Shown: piece by piece, positions 29,361 through 39,674 of the stretch | How positions within the stretch are numbered: the stretch's first letter is position 1 | How the letters are laid out: each line of letters opens with the position of its first letter | DNA from: Promethearchaeota archaeon | Lineage (GTDB): Archaea > Asgardarchaeota > Lokiarchaeia > Sigyniarchaeales > SOKP01 | Assembly (NCBI GenBank): GCA_048938895.1 | Contig: JBHLLU010000006.1 | Span: 54,367-118,366 of the forward strand | Length of the DNA stretch: 64,000 nucleotides | Direction of reading: 5' to 3' | Notes under the pieces: model-generated | Told to the model about the DNA's origin: nothing | Seen by the model: the letters and a program-made list of their open reading frames with translations, nothing else | The model's database searches: none | Translations under genes and position numbers: made by a program

Positions 29361-30533
29361 ATGGTAGATATAAAAAATGTAGTTGTTGTTGGTGCGGGTC
29401 AAATGGGTCATGGTATTGCCCAAATGTCATTACTAGCAGGATATAATGTTACACTTGTAGATATAAAAGATGAATTTGTAAATAATGGTTGGAACAAAAT
29501 AGATGAGGGAATGAAAAAACTTGAAACTAAAGGGAGTTTACCTGAAGGCGCAACTGCAGCAAGTCTAATGGCAAATTGTAAAAAATCTACTGATTTAGCT
29601 TCTTCTGTCAAAGATGCAGATATCATGATAGAAGCTGTAGTTGAAAAAATGGATGTTAAAAAAGATGTGTTTAAAACAGCTGGAGAAAATGCTCCTGATC
29701 AGTGTATTCTAGCCTCAAACACATCAACAATGAGTATCACTGAGATAGGAAAAGATTCAGGGAGACCAGATAAGTGTATCGGAATGCACTTTTTCAATCC
29801 AGTTCCACTTATGCGCCTAATTGAAGTGATCCATAGTGATCATTCGTCTGATGAGAGTGTGAATAAAGGTATCGAATTTGCAGAATCCATTCCCTGTCTT
29901 AGGGGAAAAAGATATGTACCAGAAGTTTTAAAAGATAGACCTGGATTTATTTGCAACAGAGTGACTGCTCCTGCTCAAATTTATGAAAATTATGTATTTG
30001 ATAAAGCTAAGGCAGAAGGATTTACTTGGGAACAGCTTGATAATGATGCACGAGGTGGACCAATGCCACCAACAGTTTTAGCAGACTACGTTGGAATCGA
30101 TGTGTTATATCATGGACAGATATATTATTCTCAAACTCTTTCTCCTGACTTTGCACCAGGAAAAGTAATTACTAAGTTATTTAACGAAGGAAACCTCGGA
30201 GCTAAAACGGGTCAGGGCTTTAATGATTGGAGCAAAGGAAGACCTACACGAGATAAGGCTGCAGGAAAAGCAAGATTATATAAATTGAAATATCCACTAG
30301 CAATTATGTTAAATGAAGCTTGCCGTGTATTAGAGGAGGGAATAACAAAAAGCTATAAAGTTATCGACGACACATTAATGGCTGGAATGAATATGCCGGG
30401 ACCTATGGCGCCTAATGTGAATACATGGCAAAAACAAGTCGAAGTTTTAGAAGAACTTATTGAATTAACAGGTAAAGAATATTTCAAACCATGTGAACTC
30501 TTGAGAAGTGGTAAGTGGGTAGAGTGTAAATAA
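29361..30533 (+). CDS. 3-hydroxyacyl-CoA dehydrogenase
   Basis: GAGQMGHGIA, EAVVE, ASNTS, GMHFFNP, PGFICNR. Confidence 0.94.
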   Translation: MVDIKNVVVVGAGQMGHGIAQMSLLAGYNVTLVDIKDEFVNNGWNKIDEGMKKLETKGSLPEGATAASLMANCKKSTDLASSVKDADIMIEAVVEKMDVKKDVFKTAGENAPDQCILASNTSTMSITEIGKDSGRPDKCIGMHFFNPVPLMRLIEVIHSDHSSDESVNKGIEFAESIPCLRGKRYVPEVLKDRPGFICNRVTAPAQIYENYVFDKAKAEGFTWEQLDNDARGGPMPPTVLADYVGIDVLYHGQIYYSQTLSPDFAPGKVITKLFNEGNLGAKTGQGFNDWSKGRPTRDKAAGKARLYKLKYPLAIMLNEACRVLEEGITKSYKVIDDTLMAGMNMPGPMAPNVNTWQKQVEVLEELIELTGKEYFKPCELLRSGKWVECK

Positions 30534-30707
30534 TATTTCTAATAAATTCTTTTTATTTCTTTAATTTTTTTCATAATTTCTTAAAATCAATCAATTTTAA
30601 TCTGGGAAAAAACCTTTTGAAAATTTTTAATTTGTTAAAAAATAATACTAATTATCTATAGATTTAGAAATTTAAGAAGAAACTAATTATAAAAAAATTG
30701 AATTAAA

Positions 30708-31538
30708 ATGTCAGAAAAAGAATTTAAAGATGTTTTAGTGGAAAAGAATGAAGAAGGGAATTATGTTGTTATTTCTATAAATAGACCAGACAAATTAAAT
30801 GCTCTTACGACAGACACATTGAGAGAGATCTATGAGGCTATGGAACAATTTGAAACCGATAGTAATGTTAGATGTATAGTTCTCAGAGGAACGAAAAACG
30901 TAACAAAGAAAGCGGCATTTTCTTCAGGAGCAGATTTAGCTGCTGGTATGGGAAAAGGGTTAAAGATGAATATCCCCGCTCATATGGTTTTAGCTATGCA
31001 ACAGAAACATAGATACTATACATTAATTGAAGAATTTCCAAAACCTGTTATTGCAGCAGTAGATGGATATGCTTTTGGTGGTGGATGTGAATTATCTTTA
31101 GTTTGTGATATAATCATTGCTACAAGAAGATCATTCTTCGGTTTTCCTGAAATAGCAAGGGGTATTTTTCCTGGAAATGGTGGGACTCAAAGAATGGTTC
31201 GACACATAGGGTTAGCAAGAGCTTTGAAAATGTGTTATTTTGGGGATCGTGAATCTGCTGAAACAATGTTTGAATGGGGTTATGTTAGTTTTCTGTGTAA
31301 TGATGGAGATGAGTTTGAGAATCTTATTCATGAAAAAGCATCATTTTTAGGTCATTATCCTACGACCGCATTATTCTGTATCAAGAAAGCAGTGAAATTC
31401 GGATCACAAGCAGCTTTAAATGTAGGAAACACTCTTGAAATGATGGGTTTTGGTATAAATTCTGCATCGAAGGATGTTAATGAAGGAATTACGGCATTTC
31501 TACAAAAGAGAGAGCCTAAATTCACTGGTGGGATGTAA
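30708..31538 (+). CDS. Enoyl-CoA hydratase/isomerase
   Basis: INRPDKLNAL, FSSGADL, AFGGGCE, FPEIARGIFPGNGGTQR. Confidence 0.94.
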   Translation: MSEKEFKDVLVEKNEEGNYVVISINRPDKLNALTTDTLREIYEAMEQFETDSNVRCIVLRGTKNVTKKAAFSSGADLAAGMGKGLKMNIPAHMVLAMQQKHRYYTLIEEFPKPVIAAVDGYAFGGGCELSLVCDIIIATRRSFFGFPEIARGIFPGNGGTQRMVRHIGLARALKMCYFGDRESAETMFEWGYVSFLCNDGDEFENLIHEKASFLGHYPTTALFCIKKAVKFGSQAALNVGNTLEMMGFGINSASKDVNEGITAFLQKREPKFTGGM

Positions 31539-31545
31539 TAATTAT

Positions 31546-31562
31546 CTTTTTTTATTTTTTTT
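31546..31562 (+). terminator. Oligo-T archaeal-type terminator after enoyl-CoA hydratase
   Basis: Two T-runs separated by one A a few nt past the stop codon. Confidence 0.45.
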
Positions 31563-31672
31563 AATTATTTTCTTAGAAATTGTTGTAATATCCAGATTGA
31601 CTAATTTCACCTTGGTTAATTTTAAATAAATCTTAATATAAATTTTCCAAAAGTACTCTAAGTGTATTTAAA

Positions 31673-32578
31673 TTGAAATCTACAATAAAATCAAGAATAT
31701 TTGTTATCACCCTCTTTAGCACATGTTTTGCTTTATTCACTATTGAAAATTTGGAGATAGATAAAAGTAATGATTTTAAGAATGAATCTTTTAAAATTTC
31801 CGCTATTTCTGGAAAAATTCACATTAATAACAATTGGACAGAAACTAAAGCTGCAGGAATATGTACGGGGGAAGGAATTGAATCTGATCCATACGTTATC
31901 GAGGATCTAATAATAGATGCAGGTGGTTCGGGTAGCAATATTTTAATTGTAAACTCTATAGAATATTTTAGAATTGAAAATTGTACTTTATCAAATTGCG
32001 GGAGTGATTTCTATGATGCAGGCATTGAATTAATATCAGTTGATAATGCTGAGTTGGTGGGAAACCAGTTTTCAAATCCTGATGGTTTTGGAATAATTTT
32101 AAACGGAAGTAATAGTAATATCATTAGAGAGAATTTCATAACTGCTAAAAGGGGTATTTCAGTCCGTTTTTCTAACGATAACCGGATATATCTAAATAAT
32201 CTTCAAAATCCTATTTTTAATGCTGAACAACACAATTCTACTGGGAATAAATGGAGCACTCCTAAAAAAATGAAATACATCTATAACAGTAGAACTTTTA
32301 CAAAACACCTAGGAAATTATTGGAGTGGTATTGGCTTAACTGATAATAATAATGATGGAATTGGCGATACTCCTGTGATTTTTGATCAGCATCTACCTTC
32401 CTCAGAATGGCAATACATTGATTATCATCCACTAATAGCTTCTCTGCCAAATTATGATATTTTAGGAGAGTCTTCTAAAACTACAATTTTAGGTTATGAT
32501 CTGATTTTAGTTATTGGAGTAATTAGTATAATTACATATGCAATTCTAAATGGATTAAGAAATCGACTAAAGCTATAA
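31673..32578 (+). CDS. Secreted right-handed beta-helix (NosD/CASH-like) protein with Loki-CTERM-like anchor
   Basis: N-terminal hydrophobic signal, IHINNNW...DPYVIEDLII, GNYW...DGIGDTP, tail ILGYDLILVIGVISII...RNRLKL. Confidence 0.82.
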   Translation: MKSTIKSRIFVITLFSTCFALFTIENLEIDKSNDFKNESFKISAISGKIHINNNWTETKAAGICTGEGIESDPYVIEDLIIDAGGSGSNILIVNSIEYFRIENCTLSNCGSDFYDAGIELISVDNAELVGNQFSNPDGFGIILNGSNSNIIRENFITAKRGISVRFSNDNRIYLNNLQNPIFNAEQHNSTGNKWSTPKKMKYIYNSRTFTKHLGNYWSGIGLTDNNNDGIGDTPVIFDQHLPSSEWQYIDYHPLIASLPNYDILGESSKTTILGYDLILVIGVISIITYAILNGLRNRLKL

Positions 32579-32678
32579 ATCGATTAATTCTTAAATTCCC
32601 TTTTTTTCCTTTTTTTACTCAACTATTTATTAAATCATATCCTTAATATAAAAGATAATCAATATTAATCCTACAATT

Positions 32679-33233
32679 ATGATTTTTGATATTGAAGTAA
32701 TAGAAGAAATTAATGATAAAGATCTTTATCTTAGAAAAGTAGCAAAAAACGATGCTGAATTCCTTTTTTATAGTTTAAATAACAAAAATTTAATTTCATA
32801 TTTATCATTAGGACCTTTAAAAACAATAGAAGAATCTAAAAGGCTTATTAAGCAATATTTGAAATATTGGGAACGATATGCTCAATTTAATTATATAATA
32901 GAATTGAGAGATCCTCACATTTCAAAGATCGGTTCTATTAGCCTCTGGAATATGAACTGGAGACATGAAAGAGCAGAGATTGGGATATGGTTAAACCCAT
33001 CAGATTGGAATAAAGGTTATGGTAAAACTGCTTTAAATTTGGTAAAAATAATTGCATTTAATCATTTGAAACTCAATAGAATTGAAGCTCATATCGCTAT
33101 TGACAATAAAAATTCTATACACCTTTTCCAAAAATGCGGATTTATACAAGAAGGAATATTAAAAAGCTATTTGAAGTTACATGAAATATTCCATGATGCG
33201 TTAGTGCTCGCTTGTCTTAAATTAAATTTTTGA
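32679..33233 (+). CDS. GNAT acetyltransferase, RimJ/RimL family
   Basis: AEIGIWL...WNKGYGKTA, LNRIEA, NKNSIHLFQKCGFIQEG. Confidence 0.92.
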   Translation: MIFDIEVIEEINDKDLYLRKVAKNDAEFLFYSLNNKNLISYLSLGPLKTIEESKRLIKQYLKYWERYAQFNYIIELRDPHISKIGSISLWNMNWRHERAEIGIWLNPSDWNKGYGKTALNLVKIIAFNHLKLNRIEAHIAIDNKNSIHLFQKCGFIQEGILKSYLKLHEIFHDALVLACLKLNF

Positions 33234-33268
33234 AGTAAATAAAAATTTGAAAATAAAATGAAAATCCG

Positions 33269-36200
33269 CTAATATTTTTTTTCTGAATCTGCTATCAATT
33301 TATCTAATTCTTCTTTCTGTTCTAAAGATTTCTTAATCAACTGATCTTGCTCAAATTCTTTCTCTACTGATGTTGTTGATTTAACTTTTGAGATCTCCTC
33401 TTCCCTAGGTTCAGCAGATTTTTGTTTATAATAAGAGGAAGTACTAGCTGTACTTCTTCGAAACGATCCCTTAAATGCTAGTTCTCGATTTAAGATAGGG
33501 ATGTTTGGCGATCTTTTCCTTCTTAACGACTTTCTATATTTCCTTACCTTTCTTACTGGTTTTGGATATTTAAGAATTCTTCGATAATAGAATATATAGG
33601 TACCCAAAATTACAATTCCAATCAAACTGAGGATAAGTAATATTTGAAATAAAAGAGTTTGTTCAAAGGGAATGATAACTGTATAAGAAATCCATAAAAC
33701 TACATTATCAATCGAAACTTCAATAACATCACTTAATCCAAACTCATCAGCAAGAAAAATAACTATGGTAACGTTAATTTTTTCATTGATAGGAACGATT
33801 TTTGTGAGATCAAATCCATCAGCTTTTATAGGTTTAAAAGAAGGACCAAGATTGCTTAGTTTGATTGTTTCATTGTGTACTTGATCATTGATCATAAACT
33901 TAAACTCAGAGTTAGGTGATAAGCTTGTAGGCCAGCTTGTGTTTACCATACAATCTAAAGAAAGTAAAGCTTCTGAAATTTTAATTTTATTACTTCCCTC
34001 ACTAAGCTCATCTCCCTTATATTTCCAAGAGATCGAAGTAAATTGATCAATAATTTTCTCATAGGATATTGTTAAAGTTAAATTTTTAATCCATAACCCA
34101 TTCCAAAAATCTCTATCCATTGCATATACACTATCTTCGCACCAAATGGACATACCCAAAGTGAGAGCAAATTCTCGACTATTCTTCTCAAATGCTTGAT
34201 TTAGATAGAAAATGAGAGATTCTTCAGTAAGAGGGGTGATTTCAGTATCATTTAATTCTGTTATTGAAGGTGGTCCATCTTTACCCAGTTCAGTAGTTTG
34301 ATAATGAACAGCCTCGAATTCTCTTTCATGGTTTAAATCAGAAACTATAACAAAGTAGCGAGCAAAATCTCCTGTAGCCATTCGAAGAATACCACTACTG
34401 ACATCTGTGTCTCCAGGTCTATCGATACCTCCTAAATCGGCATCTTGATCTTCTACAGTTCCATTTATCCATACCTCGAGAGAAGCAGATGTTACTTGAT
34501 AGTCAGACATATCAACATCCATCGTAAAATTTTTTTGCCATTGAGCCTTAACCGATTGATTTAACACATTATCTATGTAACGATGTCTTACATACCATCC
34601 ATCGCTTCTCATTTCGTCTATTTCAGGAACAGGTACTCCATCTGTATTTTCAATCCTACTCCACTCTCCACTCAAAGGATTATTTTCAATCCATTGTTGA
34701 ATCCCACTATGGCCTAATATTTTAAAATTTGCTGCACTGTTATCTATAGAGGCATTAACATCAGTTGCATCACCATTATACTCATAATCCCATCCATCTA
34801 TGCTACTAAAATCTGAGTTTTCAATCCATTGCGCATTCTTTGATTCCCTTGTCCAGAATGCTGGTGTTCCTTGAGATAACGTAGGGTTATTCAGATTAGT
34901 TGAATTTTGTATTGAAATGGATTCTACAGGAAAATTTGAAAATAGCATGGGTATTAAAAATCCAAAAATTACGAAAATTAGAAGTAACATAGTTTTTGTT
35001 GATATGTTTGGCTTTCCACTACTTTTTGGAATGCCTTTGGTAGATTTGCTATTAGCTGCTAATGTTTTTGATGGTTTACCACTTAAATAACTTGAAGTGT
35101 TTCCTACTTCCTTTTTAAATTGCCTCTTAAACGCTGTCTCTCGATTTTTAATTGATATCATTGGCGGATTTGATTTATTCAAGGATCTTCTATATTTTCT
35201 AACTTTTCTCACAATTCGTGGATATTTTAAAACTCGTTGATAATATATGAAATAAACAGCTAATCCCCCCGCGATAATTAAACTGACTATAAGTAAGATT
35301 AGGAATAGATTGCTTTCACTAGTAAGAGTATAATAATCATAAGAGACAGCAAGAATTACATTGTCAATTACAATATCATATGCTTCACCTAATCCAAACT
35401 CATCTGCAAGAGAAACTTGAATTGACAAGTTGATTACTTCATCTATTGGGATTAATTTTGTAACATCTAAACCCCCTTCTTTAACCTTTTTAAAATTTAT
35501 ATCAAGATTGCTTAATTTAAAAGTTTCAGAATATTCCTGATTATTAATAAATATTTTAAATTCAGAGTTAGGAGATAGATTTGAAGGCCAAGATTGATTA
35601 ATTTTGTAATCGAAGTTTAAGATTGCTTCATTCAATTCAACAATACCCTCACCACTTTCAATATCATCTCCTTGATATTTCCATGATGCTGATGTAAGTT
35701 GATCAATTTTTTTTATATAGGAGATATTGAAATCGCAGGTTTTAATGAAAATATCTTCAAATATATCCATATCGGAACCGATGTTATCCTCACAATTAAT
35801 CTCAACCCCCACGCTTATAGTAAAGTTTTGATAATCATATTTTAGGACTTGATTCAGATAAAAAATTAAATCTTCCATTTTCTCAGGTTCAAAAATAGTA
35901 TCTGTAATATTATCATATGAATTTTGACCTATATCCGTCCCGAGACCTTCGGGTTTGAATTCTGCAACTCTATAATTTACATTTTTTTGTACATCTGATA
36001 AAACGACATAAAATTTAAGGTAATCTCCTTCTCCAAAATAAGTGGAATAATAGTCTCCAGGGACTTCAATTCCCCCCCAAGGATAAGGAGGTGTATATGG
36101 ATCTTTACCATCTCCTGGATATGCTCTTACTGTAGCGTTAACCTTAATTTTCAGAGATGCAGATGTTATAATATAATCAGATATATTCTGGAGTAGAGTA

Positions 36201-36721
36201 ACATTTTTATCCCATTGTATAGATACTTTTTGAAATGGATTCAAGGGTGTACCTGAAGATTCATTCCATATATGTGCTGTCCAACATCCTTCTTTAGTAA
36301 TATTATGAAGTGGTTGAGATGCAATCCTCCTAGGGTAAACAGGAATTAGTGGATTGGTTGAATTTATCCATCCAGGAGATGATATTGAATTATTTATAGT
36401 TCCAGAGACGATTTCATAATTAGTAACTTGTTGTCCCTGAATAATATAATGACCTTCCTCATTTTGAATAAATGATGTAATATCACTAATATCACCTTGG
36501 TATTCTTGTATCCAATTATCACTTGTAGAAAAATTTGGGTTTTCAACTAATTGAAAGTTGAAAGTCTGTTTTTTCCATTTATCAGCTGAGATGTTGGGAT
36601 ATGGTTCATTTTCGTCAAAGATCACATGTTTTGATGGGTTTTGGGTAGAAAGTAGTAATAAAATAATCGTGAAAATGATAATTGAAAGAATCTTTATAGT
36701 TTTATTATTTTTTGACTTCAA
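33269..36721 (-). CDS. Membrane-anchored surface protein, tandem A-B fusion of two ~400-aa extracellular modules (4 TM)
   Basis: TM-moduleA-TM-KYPRIVRKVRKYR-linker-TM-moduleB-TM-KYPKPVRKVRKYR; many N-x-S/T sequons. Confidence 0.85.
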   Translation of the reverse strand: MKSKNNKTIKILSIIIFTIILLLLSTQNPSKHVIFDENEPYPNISADKWKKQTFNFQLVENPNFSTSDNWIQEYQGDISDITSFIQNEEGHYIIQGQQVTNYEIVSGTINNSISSPGWINSTNPLIPVYPRRIASQPLHNITKEGCWTAHIWNESSGTPLNPFQKVSIQWDKNVTLLQNISDYIITSASLKIKVNATVRAYPGDGKDPYTPPYPWGGIEVPGDYYSTYFGEGDYLKFYVVLSDVQKNVNYRVAEFKPEGLGTDIGQNSYDNITDTIFEPEKMEDLIFYLNQVLKYDYQNFTISVGVEINCEDNIGSDMDIFEDIFIKTCDFNISYIKKIDQLTSASWKYQGDDIESGEGIVELNEAILNFDYKINQSWPSNLSPNSEFKIFINNQEYSETFKLSNLDINFKKVKEGGLDVTKLIPIDEVINLSIQVSLADEFGLGEAYDIVIDNVILAVSYDYYTLTSESNLFLILLIVSLIIAGGLAVYFIYYQRVLKYPRIVRKVRKYRRSLNKSNPPMISIKNRETAFKRQFKKEVGNTSSYLSGKPSKTLAANSKSTKGIPKSSGKPNISTKTMLLLIFVIFGFLIPMLFSNFPVESISIQNSTNLNNPTLSQGTPAFWTRESKNAQWIENSDFSSIDGWDYEYNGDATDVNASIDNSAANFKILGHSGIQQWIENNPLSGEWSRIENTDGVPVPEIDEMRSDGWYVRHRYIDNVLNQSVKAQWQKNFTMDVDMSDYQVTSASLEVWINGTVEDQDADLGGIDRPGDTDVSSGILRMATGDFARYFVIVSDLNHEREFEAVHYQTTELGKDGPPSITELNDTEITPLTEESLIFYLNQAFEKNSREFALTLGMSIWCEDSVYAMDRDFWNGLWIKNLTLTISYEKIIDQFTSISWKYKGDELSEGSNKIKISEALLSLDCMVNTSWPTSLSPNSEFKFMINDQVHNETIKLSNLGPSFKPIKADGFDLTKIVPINEKINVTIVIFLADEFGLSDVIEVSIDNVVLWISYTVIIPFEQTLLFQILLILSLIGIVILGTYIFYYRRILKYPKPVRKVRKYRKSLRRKRSPNIPILNRELAFKGSFRRSTASTSSYYKQKSAEPREEEISKVKSTTSVEKEFEQDQLIKKSLEQKEELDKLIADSEKKY

Positions 36722-36912
36722 AGTTAATCAAATCATCTAATTTAGATAATATTTTATGATATTCGATATTCTTAATTAAATAAGTTACTTAAGTCGTTAT
36801 TATTTATAATATCTAAGGTGTTTACCACTAATAAAGAATATATCCCAAGTACTCTTAGATCTCATTAACAAATAAAATTCTGATAAAAAATAAAACAAAA
36901 ATAAATTTCTGA

Positions 36913-39654
36913 TTACTTTTTATCTAAATCATCAACCAATTTATCAAGCTCGGATTTCTTTTCTATACTTTTATCTATTAATGCTTCAGACTCTAATTTT
37001 TCAGAAGATTGTGTAGATTTTGCTTTATCGGTTGATAATTCTTTTTTAGGGGATAAAATAGGTTTGCTACTCCGTTTTAGTCTGAAGTCACTGGATGATT
37101 TGCCCAAATTCTCGTTATATACCACTTTAAAGGCAGCACTACTTCCTAAAATAATAATATTAGGTGTAGATTTTCTTTTAAGTGTTTTTCTATATTTTCG
37201 AACCTTTCTTACTTGTTTAGGGTATTTTAAATAAGTTTGATAAGCATAGATATATATTATTAAGCCAGCAATCAATATGGTTATAAGAGTAAATAAGATT
37301 GGAAATAAGGTATTTTCTCCTGTCTTCTCACTGATAGCTGCGATGATAATTTCATAATCTTCAATTAAATATTTATCACCATAAAATGCTGAAATTACTA
37401 TAGGATAAGTACCCTTAGGAACATCTGTTATGTTAGCTTCATATATTCCATCATTATCGAGATCCGCAAGGATTCCCGAACCCCCTTCCCAAGTATATGT
37501 TACAACTGCTCCGGTAATAAATCCCCCAAAATCCGTATTATTTAATCTTATTTGTAACTTCACATCAGATCCAGGCTTGGTTTCAATCGTGCTTGATCCT
37601 GAAACGGGTACAATTGCAATAACAATTTTCCTAATGGAGACTGTAATTTCTACAACTTTTGTCTGGAGTGATTCCGTTTGGGCTGTAACAGTCAATAAAT
37701 TTGTGCCTATTTTTAAATTCTGATTCGTATCAATAACAATTGAATATTGTTCAAAATAAGCACTTTCATTAATATAGGAGCTAAATGTCTCCGAGGTCAA
37801 AAGAATATCTGCTCCCGGAATATGAGTTCCATTAGGTAGATTATATTTGAGAGTAATATTTAGCGTTTCGCTAAAAATTAAATTTATATATGGATCGGGA
37901 GTAACATCTTGATTATTTAATATTACCTGCAAATCTTGAGTTGGAAATTTATTGATCCTCACAATTATATATATTATCCTAGTTTCATAATCTTCTGCTT
38001 GAGCGATAATAGTTAAAAAATTAACACCAGCGTCTGATATATCTGTATTAATTGTAATACTATACTGTTCTAAAATTGCACTTTCTTCTAAATCTCCTGT
38101 AAAATTACCTGTTAACTCTACTGTAGCATTAGGTATATGGGTACCAGTTTTATTAAGATATTTTACTGTGATATTCAAAGAATCACCAATATAAATATCA
38201 ATGTCAGGATCTTCAGTTTTATTGGCAGAATTTAAGAATAAATGGAGATCTGTCTGTTTATCAGGAAATATAATTGTATAAGAAATGTTGAGAACAACAT
38301 CATCAATAGATATGGTAATATTTCTATCCAGATTGAATTCATCCGCAAGAAAAACTTCAATCGAGAGATTTACATCATTTATAATCAATGAAGTAATATC
38401 AAATCCTCCAATTTTAGCCTCCTGAAATGAAGTTGTACCTGTGCTTAATTTAACTGTTTCTGGATGTTTATTATTGTTGATTAAGATTCTTAATTCAGAA
38501 TTTTGGGCAGAGGTTGGCCAATTTTGATCAATTTTATATTTAAAATTAAGTAATGCTTCATTTACTATTACAGTATAATTACTTAAGTCGCTAATACTAT
38601 CGGCATCCTGATTCCATGATACGGATGTAAATTGATCGATCTTTTTCACATAAGAAAAAGTTAAATTGAATGATCTTATAATTAGGGAATTCCATCTATC
38701 GACGTCAACTCCAATTTCATTATCTTCACAATAAATATCTATACCAAGGGTTATAGTAAAATTAATTCCGTTAGAGCTTAATACTGAAGTTAAAGCATCA
38801 ATCAATACACTTTCTGGTATTGTGTCCATTTGGGAATCTGGAAAACTGCCAATTGCAGGTGAATCCTGCCCTAGGTTTCCTGCTCCTGTATTGTTAGTAG
38901 CTATTGGAATTGGTAATAAAGTCTCTTCAGCATCATTTAACGATACATAAAAATCTGCAGAATCACCCGAAGAATATACATCAAGACCTACATCACCTTC
39001 ACGATCTATACCACCCGCAGTTCCAGCATGAGGTGAGACACTAACCGAAGCATTAAAAATAACATCTAGCGATGCGGAGGTGATCACATAATCTGACATG
39101 TTTACAGGCATGTTTATTGTTCTTTTCCAATGTACACTTGGTCGATTTCTTGTTTGATTATTATCTTCATGCCATAAATGAGAAACATAGCAGCCTGAAG
39201 AATTAATTACGTAAGTATCTGGTAAAATGGGTAGATCTGGATTCTTGTGGGGACTCCAATCCACACTACTGAGTGAATTGTCAATTTCCATTTCACCTGA
39301 ATCTCCAAGAATCGTATAATTAGCTTGTCCTATATCAGGTAATGCTATGACATCTGAAGGATCTCCTAAATCTCCATATTTGGGATACCACGTTGGTTGA
39401 ATCGGAGAATCAAATGAAGTATTATTTAACCATTGTTTTGTAAAGGATGATTGAGCAGCTATTTCAATATTCTCATTTACCAAGGTCTCCTTTGGTGATA
39501 TCGTAAATGTACTTTGTTTGAAAAAAGGTAATATTAACAAAGAACTGAAAATGATGATCATCAGAATAACTATTAAGTAGAATAATTTACCTTGTTTTTT
39601 GAATATTAAATTACATTGCCGCATTTTTCTTAATTTAAGCCCCAATTTATTCAT
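36913..39654 (-). CDS. Membrane-anchored surface protein, B-type module plus about three Ig-like repeats
   Basis: N-terminal TM, module with GGIDREGD and CEDN, repeats (LNITVKY...HIPNATVEL), TM, KYPKQVRKVRKYRK. Confidence 0.85.
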   Translation of the reverse strand: MNKLGLKLRKMRQCNLIFKKQGKLFYLIVILMIIIFSSLLILPFFKQSTFTISPKETLVNENIEIAAQSSFTKQWLNNTSFDSPIQPTWYPKYGDLGDPSDVIALPDIGQANYTILGDSGEMEIDNSLSSVDWSPHKNPDLPILPDTYVINSSGCYVSHLWHEDNNQTRNRPSVHWKRTINMPVNMSDYVITSASLDVIFNASVSVSPHAGTAGGIDREGDVGLDVYSSGDSADFYVSLNDAEETLLPIPIATNNTGAGNLGQDSPAIGSFPDSQMDTIPESVLIDALTSVLSSNGINFTITLGIDIYCEDNEIGVDVDRWNSLIIRSFNLTFSYVKKIDQFTSVSWNQDADSISDLSNYTVIVNEALLNFKYKIDQNWPTSAQNSELRILINNNKHPETVKLSTGTTSFQEAKIGGFDITSLIINDVNLSIEVFLADEFNLDRNITISIDDVVLNISYTIIFPDKQTDLHLFLNSANKTEDPDIDIYIGDSLNITVKYLNKTGTHIPNATVELTGNFTGDLEESAILEQYSITINTDISDAGVNFLTIIAQAEDYETRIIYIIVRINKFPTQDLQVILNNQDVTPDPYINLIFSETLNITLKYNLPNGTHIPGADILLTSETFSSYINESAYFEQYSIVIDTNQNLKIGTNLLTVTAQTESLQTKVVEITVSIRKIVIAIVPVSGSSTIETKPGSDVKLQIRLNNTDFGGFITGAVVTYTWEGGSGILADLDNDGIYEANITDVPKGTYPIVISAFYGDKYLIEDYEIIIAAISEKTGENTLFPILFTLITILIAGLIIYIYAYQTYLKYPKQVRKVRKYRKTLKRKSTPNIIILGSSAAFKVVYNENLGKSSSDFRLKRSSKPILSPKKELSTDKAKSTQSSEKLESEALIDKSIEKKSELDKLVDDLDKK

Positions 39655-39674
39655 TTTTTTTCTGATTTTAATTA